Below the pieces are notes generated by a model that was not told the origin of the DNA, did no database searches, and saw only the letters and a list, made by a program, of their open reading frames with translations. A DNA stretch of 44,282 nt from a virus, in the IMG/VR virus record IMGVR_UViG_3300010352_002455; one strand, written 5' to 3'. Positions 35,462 through 41,344 of this stretch are shown here, in pieces. Within the stretch, counting starts at the first letter, position 1, and each line of letters opens with the position of its first letter. The position numbers and the translations under genes were made by a program.

Positions 35462-35941
35462 TTATTTAATAAATTTGGCGTATAATGCTGTAAAAGTTTT
35501 GCCTGCATGATCAGACTTTTCTTTCGATTCAAAGCAAAGGCGGGAGGCGTCGGTCGCAATCGCAACCGAGCAGTCGTAATACGAGTAGCAGAAAACGAGC
35601 CCCGACGGCGAGGATGGGTCTATCCGAAACACCGGAAACCATTTTTTTTGATTGGTGTCCATCATGTCCGGTTTCCATCCATCGTTGATTGCTTTAGAAA
35701 TAGTTTTAAGCTTTCTATAGACAATTTCATCATCAGTGAAGCCATTTCGTTTCATGTCAATTTCATTTATTTGTTCTTCGTCCAATTCATCACAGGCAGT
35801 TTGATATGATATAACCCTGTCAATTACACTTTTGGAAAAGAAATTCTTTCCAAAACTATCTTCAAGCATTGATTTGAATTCTTTAGAAGCTGTTTTATAC
35901 AACTCTCTTGCTTTTTTTTCTTCAATTTGTAATGTTTTCAT
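35462..35941 (-). CDS. DGR variable (target) protein 2, small and leaderless, paralogue of target 1
   Basis: 159 aa. The C-terminal ..INDGWKPDMMDTNQKKWFPVFRIDPSSPSGLVFCYSYYDCSVAIATDASRLCFES.. contains VR2. Confidence 0.85.
   Translation of the reverse strand: MKTLQIEEKKARELYKTASKEFKSMLEDSFGKNFFSKSVIDRVISYQTACDELDEEQINEIDMKRNGFTDDEIVYRKLKTISKAINDGWKPDMMDTNQKKWFPVFRIDPSSPSGLVFCYSYYDCSVAIATDASRLCFESKEKSDHAGKTFTALYAKFIK
35531..35612 (-). repeat. DGR variable repeat 2 (VR2), including an IMH-like 3' end
   Basis: In the 74-bp core (35539-35612) there are 12 mismatches to the TR, all at TR adenines. The fixed IMH-like differences are the same as in VR1. Confidence 0.9.
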
Positions 35942-36080
35942 TTTTTTGATTTTAAATTGTTCTTTTTAAAGAGGCCTCCGAAATGCTTCAACTTCTTCTA
36001 TTTTAATTGCAAGCACCCGTATGGTTTCTCCGTTGTGTCTATCATTTGTCCAATACATAATTATGTTTGTTTTAATGTTT

Positions 36081-36305
36081 TTATCCCAAATGGGGAATTA
36101 TATATTTTTCAAAATGGATTAATCTTTTTCCACCGTATCTTTGCCAAGATGAGCTATTAATCTTTTTACAATACATCCAAATTGACCAATATCCCTTTGG
36201 ATAGCCACCATTTGTGTCTATTGCTAATTTGTATCTATTTCGCTCAATAGAAACTCTTTCAATTAGCCAGAAAATAAGAATTATTTCAATTAAATCTAAA
36301 TTCAT
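36081..36305 (-). CDS. Small hypothetical protein with a hydrophobic N-terminus
   Basis: The track ORF starts at 36353, but that extension reads through the tRNA-like element. The ATG at 36305 gives MNLDLIEIILIFWLIERV.. (74 aa). Confidence 0.4.
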   Translation of the reverse strand: MNLDLIEIILIFWLIERVSIERNRYKLAIDTNGGYPKGYWSIWMYCKKINSSSWQRYGGKRLIHFEKYIIPHLG

Positions 36306-36329
36306 ATTGTTTGTTTTAAATTGTTTTTG

Positions 36330-36372
36330 CTCCGGAGCGAGGAATCGAACCACGCTGAAGAACCATTCCGGA
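36330..36372 (-). ncRNA. tRNA-like minihelix or tRNA 3'-half fragment (acceptor stem plus T-arm only)
   Basis: The minus strand reads tccgga(a)-11 nt-cgtgg-TTCGATT-cctcg-(c)tccgga-g. It has a canonical GGTTCGATTCC T-loop, a 6-bp acceptor-like helix and a G at the discriminator position. There is no D-arm or anticodon arm. Confidence 0.45.
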
Positions 36373-36378
36373 TTAGTT

Positions 36379-36948
36379 TTAGTCGAGGATCACCCAGTCT
36401 TCTGCTAAGATGTCTGTTTGTGAGGCCAACCAGCCATTTACAATTCTACCATTAGCATCTTTAAGACACAAGTAGGCAGTAAATTCTACCACATCACTTT
36501 CATCGATTTCAATTGCTTTTCCATCCATATCGAAGCAATCATGCAAATAGTAGTCTTTTACTGTTTGCGGGAGTGATTTGATGTTGTTTGCTACAACATC
36601 AACCCTGATTTCGTCAGCGGGGCGCATAAAAATAAACATTCCTTTTCCATTCCATCCTTCTCGTGCTACTCTTTTCCCTTGTTTTAAGGCTTTAATAGCA
36701 TCTCCGAATGTGAGGTTCCCATTTTCTGTTTCGTTAAAATCAAAAAGGACCTTACACTCTTTTCCTTCAACGAACAGCCTTGCCGCATCCGGATTAACTG
36801 TTCCGATTGAAATATTTCCATACGGAGTCATTTCAAAAAACATGTCGTTTTCAAAAGAACCGCATGTCACAACATCAAGAGTTATTAATTCTCCAGAACC
36901 GCGAACCTCTTTTTTTGTTACTTTAAATTTTGTAAGTACTTTGCTCAT
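36379..36948 (-). CDS. DUF2829-domain protein (Tad2-like anti-Thoeris candidate) with a ~80-aa N-terminal extension
   Basis: ..LTFGDAIKALKQGKRVAREGWNGKGMFIFM.. and ..NGWLASQTDILAEDWVIL match the DUF2829 consensus at both ends. Confidence 0.7.
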   Translation of the reverse strand: MSKVLTKFKVTKKEVRGSGELITLDVVTCGSFENDMFFEMTPYGNISIGTVNPDAARLFVEGKECKVLFDFNETENGNLTFGDAIKALKQGKRVAREGWNGKGMFIFMRPADEIRVDVVANNIKSLPQTVKDYYLHDCFDMDGKAIEIDESDVVEFTAYLCLKDANGRIVNGWLASQTDILAEDWVILD

Positions 36949-36960
36949 ATTATTTGTTTG

Positions 36961-37405
36961 TTTTAATTCCCGGCATCCGGCCGGTACGGTTAATTGCTCC
37001 CGCCTGAGACTTCAACTCAGGAGTGTGTCACTCGGGATCCAGAAATTGTAAAACAATTTCGTCGTTTATATGCCCTGATTTTTCAGGGGAGATTTCGTGT
37101 TACTGTCCGACTGTCAAGCGTGGTACTAATTTCCGCTTTGCCACTCTGAATTAACAGAGAAAAACCTGCCTTCGCCGTAGGCCCTACTTTCTCAATCATT
37201 GAGGTTTAAAAATAAAGAACGTCTCTTTTTTTGTCGGAGGTAGCTCTCCGATTGTGCCCTGCAGGAAAAACCAATTTCGGCAGGGCTTGAATGTGTTGAA
37301 TGTTATATCAATAAAACAAATTCAATGAAGTTAATCCGGGTGATCTGTGGCTTTGGCGTTAAACCTGTTTTCTTTTAAGAAAACGAAAGGGTTTTCCCAC
37401 CTTTT
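36961..37405 (-). ncRNA. Candidate structured non-coding RNA or long structured 5' leader of the DUF2829 gene
   Basis: No plausible ORF (stops in all frames), and visibly GC-richer than its flanks. At least 8 clean hairpins: 36970-36984, 37042-37060, 37073-37088, 37234-37251, 37256-37286, 37367-37384 and 37389-37398, plus a three-way junction at 36998-37037. The strand is assumed from the flanking genes. Confidence 0.4.
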
Positions 37406-37470
37406 TATTTTTTTTAAAAATAGATTTTGATAATATGGAATAGGTAATAATTCTATATATAAATAGCCAT

Positions 37471-37478
37471 CAAAACTA
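37471..37478 (-). promoter_or_regulatory. Candidate -7 box (TAGTTTTG) upstream of the structured region
   Basis: The minus strand reads tagttttg, matching TAnnTTTG, about 65 nt upstream of the first hairpin. No clear -33 element. Confidence 0.2.
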
Positions 37479-37527
37479 AAGTGCCCAGTATATAAAATCA
37501 TCATTAACATCTCGATTTCTCCTTTTA

Positions 37528-37971
37528 TTATTTAAAATCAAAGTGACCTTTTTTTTTCATTTCTTCATAAAAAGAAAAGAGTTCTCCTGTACGTAACATT
37601 TCTATTATTCCAATTGCTTCACTAATTGTAATAAATGGAATAACCCCCCCCAATTTTTTTGGAAAATGTTTTGGGGCAAGCCCTCTTTTTTTAATAATTT
37701 CTATAGCTAAATCATATATATCTTCGAAAATATCTGAATAATAAATACATTTTTTCCCAACTTGTAAAAATTCCATAACATAACCCTCTGCCTCTTCGAA
37801 TGTATTAAGTTTTCCAAGCGGTGGATAATTAAAATTGAAAGATGCAAGTGCATTCCCGTGCGTGTCAACAGCCCCCCATCTTGTTTCATTAAGTTGTGCA
37901 GGAGGAAGATAGTTTTGTTTAATTTCAACAAAAAATTTTCCAAGATTTTCCCTGATTCTGTAAGTTCTCAT
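37528..37971 (-). CDS. Hypothetical protein
   Basis: 147-aa ORF. Confidence 0.5.
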   Translation of the reverse strand: MRTYRIRENLGKFFVEIKQNYLPPAQLNETRWGAVDTHGNALASFNFNYPPLGKLNTFEEAEGYVMEFLQVGKKCIYYSDIFEDIYDLAIEIIKKRGLAPKHFPKKLGGVIPFITISEAIGIIEMLRTGELFSFYEEMKKKGHFDFK

Positions 37972-37976
37972 AACAA

Positions 37977-38522
37977 TTATTTCTGAATTTTAATATTATT
38001 TAATATCTGCAGCGTATCGCCGAAGCAACTACTAATCGCAATTGCTTTATAAGTCGGCTTTTTGAAGATGCACTTTCTTTTTTTGTATATAGCAATCAGG
38101 AGACTGTCTGTGTGAGAATAGTCGGTTATATAGACATTGCTATTTTCAACACAGCCGGCAATGGAAAAGCATTTGTCTGTTATCTCAAAAGCTGCTATAG
38201 AGGTATTTGTAATTGTATCATATATATATACAAGGGTGTCGCGCCTGATCAGCGTGTCTCTATAGCTATATTTTACGTTTACAACATTTGTGACCTGTCC
38301 GGCACGGATCCCAAATTTCTTCAATTCTGTAGTGATATCTGAGTGATATTTTTTTAACTCCTTAGCTGTAAGGGTTTGAAGCTCGTTCATCTGTCCGGTT
38401 ACTTCGACTCTAAAATTTTCTGATATCCGATTTTTTTCTTTTGTTACGGAGATAACAATAGCTGAAAGAATTCCGACAGCTAAAATCAAGACTGCAATTA
38501 TGATAAACAGATATTTTTTCAT
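37977..38522 (-). CDS. Hypothetical membrane-anchored protein
   Basis: 181 aa with an N-terminal hydrophobic helix (MKKYLFIIIAVLILAVGILSAIVI..). Confidence 0.5.
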   Translation of the reverse strand: MKKYLFIIIAVLILAVGILSAIVISVTKEKNRISENFRVEVTGQMNELQTLTAKELKKYHSDITTELKKFGIRAGQVTNVVNVKYSYRDTLIRRDTLVYIYDTITNTSIAAFEITDKCFSIAGCVENSNVYITDYSHTDSLLIAIYKKRKCIFKKPTYKAIAISSCFGDTLQILNNIKIQK

Positions 38523-38977
38523 TGTTTTTTCTCAGGATTTTGAATTTTCTCAATTTGGCTCTGCAGCTCTTGAATTTTATTAGTTTGAGCAATATAGGCA
38601 TCACTTGTTTTATCAACTATAGCAGCAATTTTTTTGTTACAACGTTGAATTTCCTTCATGTGATCCTCAACAATCAGTTCCCTTACTACTTTTTCACAGA
38701 CAGGAATACAGGTACGCAGAATAAAATCGCGTTCAGCTTTTGGAAGTGATGATTTTTTATCTGATATATTCAAAAACTCGTTTGAAAAAGAAGATACATT
38801 CAAAATTCCTTTGTCTTTCAAATTATCATAAGGATGCCGCTTTAACTTAAGCCCTGGTTTAAGAGGAAATGCATTTCTTTCAAAAACATAAGCATCTAAT
38901 TTAGTTTTAAGGTGTTTTTGAAAAAATGGTGACTTTACAATTTTGTCAAGATTGTACTTTTCGTTTTTTTTACTCAT
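38519..38977 (-). CDS. Hypothetical protein
   Basis: 152-aa ORF. Confidence 0.5.
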   Translation of the reverse strand: MSKKNEKYNLDKIVKSPFFQKHLKTKLDAYVFERNAFPLKPGLKLKRHPYDNLKDKGILNVSSFSNEFLNISDKKSSLPKAERDFILRTCIPVCEKVVRELIVEDHMKEIQRCNKKIAAIVDKTSDAYIAQTNKIQELQSQIEKIQNPEKKQ

Positions 38978-39266
38978 AATAAATAGTTATATTGTGTTTC
39001 TTTGCAACCCAGTGTTCCCATCTTGCGCCTTTGCTTTCTTTCCAGTCATTTAGCATATAGATTTTGTCACAGTTTTTCTTAAGATTCCGGATGCAGAATA
39101 GCATCTGTCGAAACCATGACCAATTTTGAGGAACCCTCTTCAGTGGATTATATGCCAACTGCCCAAACTCTTTTTCACAATAAATTTGAGCTTTATTAAA
39201 TTTAGAATAACACTCATCGTAATCTTCTCCGGAAACCTTTCCTGCTATATAGATATGTTTTTTCAT
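38970..39266 (-). CDS. DUF4406 / nucleoside 2-deoxyribosyltransferase-like protein
   Basis: MKKHIYIAGKVSG.., ..YNP.. and ..CDKIYMLNDWKESKGARWEH..A.. follow the DUF4406 pattern (IYIAGPMSG ... CD.IYML.GWE.S.GA..E). Confidence 0.55.
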   Translation of the reverse strand: MKKHIYIAGKVSGEDYDECYSKFNKAQIYCEKEFGQLAYNPLKRVPQNWSWFRQMLFCIRNLKKNCDKIYMLNDWKESKGARWEHWVAKKHNITIYYE

Positions 39267-39781
39267 ATTGATTTCAGGGCGTTAATTAATTGATAAAGAG
39301 GGGCAATTCCCTGAAATGATTTAAAAAACGAATTAGGGGTGTATATTCCTGAACGACTTTCTGCTGCCTTTATATTGCAATACCAGATTGAATTGTTATC
39401 ATTGTTATTACAGTGATAATCAAAACTCTTTCTATCAATTTCAATATTGAAATGATTTACTAGTTTTCTAAGTTCGAGTGTGAGAGACTCAAGTTGTTCT
39501 TTTGTGTATGATGCGAAGAACTGATGCCCCCTATATCCGCGTCCACACACGTCCGTTACATCGGTTATATTTCCTTCAGCCTGTCCCGGTAAACTTGGCA
39601 GCCATTTTTTTTCTTCGGATAAAAAAACAGGACCTTCATTTTCAAGATATATTTCCCCAAAAGTCAAATTAGCAAGATTAAGAAATGAATTTTGTGGATA
39701 AACAACTTTTCCATTTTTAAAAATAACACAACCAGGATTACTTACTGATCGTAAGTTGTTAATTACTATTTGTGTATTCAT
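39263..39781 (-). CDS. Hypothetical protein
   Basis: 172-aa ORF. Confidence 0.5.
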   Translation of the reverse strand: MNTQIVINNLRSVSNPGCVIFKNGKVVYPQNSFLNLANLTFGEIYLENEGPVFLSEEKKWLPSLPGQAEGNITDVTDVCGRGYRGHQFFASYTKEQLESLTLELRKLVNHFNIEIDRKSFDYHCNNNDNNSIWYCNIKAAESRSGIYTPNSFFKSFQGIAPLYQLINALKSI

Positions 39782-40341
39782 ACAATATTATTTTGTACCG
39801 CAAACCTCACGATGCCCATCTTTGACCATGTGCCCAGTTTGCGATTAATTTTATTGATTTGATTTCTTACTGTCACGGTAGCTGTACCAACTCTGTCGGC
39901 TATTTGTTTGTCGGCAAGATCCTGTCTCACCAAGCCAATTATTTGCAATTCTCTTTTAGAGAGATTCTCTGCATTTTGCTTACAAATAAAACGCTCTCCG
40001 GCGCAATGACCTCTGAAAGGACAATAAACAAATTCTTCGTTTATATTTCCCTGCGCATCGACATCAGATTTCTGATCATTATTTATAAGCTTACACTTAA
40101 TAAACTGAAATACTTCTTCATTTTCGCTCTTACAGCCCATAGCGGCCAAGCCGGTTCTGTATCCGGGATGTTTATCAAGATAATCCATAATGATATTGAA
40201 AATATCATCTGTGATATCGTCGGCTATAAAAAAATCCCTCTTTTTTCCGCCTTGAAAGCAAATAATTGCATCCTGGTATTCGTAGAATTCAATTTCAGAA
40301 AATTCTGGGATAAGACAATGTGGAATGTTTGGTGTATTCAT
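39778..40341 (-). CDS. LuxR/GerE-type HTH transcriptional regulator
   Basis: C-terminal ..LSKRELQIIGLVRQDLADKQIADRVGTATVTVRNQINKINRKLG.. is a canonical LuxR-type HTH. A Cys-rich segment precedes it. Confidence 0.7.
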   Translation of the reverse strand: MNTPNIPHCLIPEFSEIEFYEYQDAIICFQGGKKRDFFIADDITDDIFNIIMDYLDKHPGYRTGLAAMGCKSENEEVFQFIKCKLINNDQKSDVDAQGNINEEFVYCPFRGHCAGERFICKQNAENLSKRELQIIGLVRQDLADKQIADRVGTATVTVRNQINKINRKLGTWSKMGIVRFAVQNNIV

Positions 40342-40343
40342 TC

Positions 40344-40586
40344 TTATATTCTTTTTTGAATTTTTTTAATTTCTCCGCAAAGCTGTTTTTCCTGATCGAT
40401 CAATAAATACAGATCCCTGATAATCCGGGGATCAAACATTTTCCCGGCTACAACTTTGCTCACTTTAGAAATTGAGCACGGTTTGGGCTGCATGTCAATA
40501 ATTTTCTGTCTCCAACCACCATCTTTTTTACTCAGATACATATCAATATCTTCTCTCAGTTTTGTATAGTCAATGGAATTTCTCAT
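40344..40586 (-). CDS. Hypothetical early protein
   Basis: 80-aa ORF. Confidence 0.45.
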   Translation of the reverse strand: MRNSIDYTKLREDIDMYLSKKDGGWRQKIIDMQPKPCSISKVSKVVAGKMFDPRIIRDLYLLIDQEKQLCGEIKKIQKRI

Positions 40587-40795
40587 ATAAATTTTATGTT
40601 TTTTGGTTTAACTTTGTTTAATACAGAACCTGGGAGAGAACCGTTAGGTCCGCAGGTAGTAAGCTTAATTTTATAAGTTTTACTATGTTTTTCTATTACC
40701 CGACACTCGCATGTTCTCCTTATTCCATTAAAATAATCCAGAAAACTATAGATTGCCGGGATATTCATTTTTTCGGTTGAATTTTCATTTTCCAT
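40583..40795 (-). CDS. Hypothetical protein, first gene of the leftward early operon (divergent from the repressor)
   Basis: 70-aa ORF. Confidence 0.45.
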   Translation of the reverse strand: MENENSTEKMNIPAIYSFLDYFNGIRRTCECRVIEKHSKTYKIKLTTCGPNGSLPGSVLNKVKPKNIKFI

Positions 40796-40847
40796 GATAA
40801 TAGTTTTATATTATTTTTTTTTCTATTTTCAGGTGTATTTTTATACT

Positions 40848-40869
40848 CGATTTGTGACCGATTTATGAC
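40848..40869. promoter_or_regulatory. Tandem 11-bp direct repeat CGATTT(G/A)TGAC x2, operator candidate
   Basis: cgatttgtgac-cgatttatgac lies in the 100-bp divergent region between the repressor and the early operon. Confidence 0.4.
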
Positions 40870-40881
40870 GACAAATATAAT

Positions 40882-40925
40882 GAGATTTTTCAATTATGAA
40901 ACAAAATAATAGAGATTTTTCAATT
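40882..40925. promoter_or_regulatory. 14-bp direct repeat GAGATTTTTCAATT x2 bracketing the repressor start codon
   Basis: Copies at 40882-40895 and 40912-40925. The ATG is at 40896. Confidence 0.4.
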
Positions 40926-41303
40926 TTAAAGCAAAGAATTTTGCAATTCACTGAAAGTCAGGGAATAAAAAATTCAGAAGTATATGCAATTACTGGCATT
41001 TCAAATGGTATTTTATCCCAAAATGGGGGGTTGTCAGAAGATAGTTTGTTGAAATTTCTCAGTTTTTATAAGAATATTTCAATTGATTGGCTACTCACTG
41101 GAGAGGGGGATATGTTGCAAAATTCCTCCGAAAAAAGCACAAATTCCTCCGAAAAATGTATTGAAAAAATGACAAATTACATTGAAATGTTGGAAAAGGA
41201 GAATAAAAAATTGAACAAAGAGCTTGAAGAAATAAAACAGAACAAGCCTTTTACCGTTGCGCCGGGTGTCGGCGAATCATCCTTAAAAAAGGAAATTTGC
41301 TAG
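40896..41303 (+). CDS. CI-like phage repressor (HTH)
   Basis: ..ILQFTESQGIKNSEVYAITGISNGILSQ.. is an HTH. ..ISIDWLLTGEGDM is the hallmark of the phage CI-repressor HTH family. Divergent orientation, located in the lysogeny module. Confidence 0.7.
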   Translation: MKQNNRDFSILKQRILQFTESQGIKNSEVYAITGISNGILSQNGGLSEDSLLKFLSFYKNISIDWLLTGEGDMLQNSSEKSTNSSEKCIEKMTNYIEMLEKENKKLNKELEEIKQNKPFTVAPGVGESSLKKEIC

Positions 41304-41344
41304 AGGCTCGAAAAAATATTAGCTAAATTATATAATGTTTATTT

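Larger units (their letters stand above)
33885..35941 (-). mobile_element. Diversity-generating retroelement cassette: target 2 (VR2), target 1 (VR1), TR, RT
   Basis: See the component features. One TR matches two VRs, and mismatches occur only at TR adenines. Confidence 0.9.

Noticed and set aside
36325-36410. A complete tRNA gene suggested by the GGTTCGATTCC T-loop
   Set aside because: Counting back 73-90 nt from the discriminator gives no complementary 5' acceptor strand, no D-arm and no anticodon stem. Only an acceptor-like helix plus T-arm (43 nt) can be drawn, so it is reported as a tRNA-like fragment.
36578-37051. 157-aa plus-strand ORF overlapping the DUF2829 gene and the structured region
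   Set aside because: It is antisense to a motif-supported CDS, has a Ser/Pro/Phe-rich low-complexity translation and runs against the orientation of the local operon.
36961-37405. tmRNA, RNase P RNA, group I intron or a decayed gene as the explanation for the structured non-coding block
   Set aside because: There is no tRNA-like 5'/3' pairing and no resume-codon/tag ORF. I could see no RNase P conserved core. The flanking ORFs are complete, each with its own stop or start, so nothing needs splicing. Stops of all three types occur in every frame. None of these is excluded computationally, so the region stays an unclassified candidate.
37331-37510. 59-aa minus-strand ORF (MLMMILYTGHFSFDGYLYIELLPIPYYQNLFLKKIKRWENPFVFLKENRFNAKATDHPD) preceded by AAGGAG
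   Set aside because: It lies mostly in an AT-rich spacer where random ORFs are expected and has an odd composition. Other genes here lack Shine-Dalgarno sequences, so the AAGGAG is not persuasive. It is not called as a gene, but it overlaps the 5' end of the structured region and cannot be fully excluded.
39263-39781. Amidase_2/PGRP-like second lysin, based on ..YTKEQLESLTLELRKLVNHFNI..
   Set aside because: Only one short segment resembles the family. The N-terminal His and C-terminal His/Cys zinc ligands are not evident, so the ORF is left as hypothetical.
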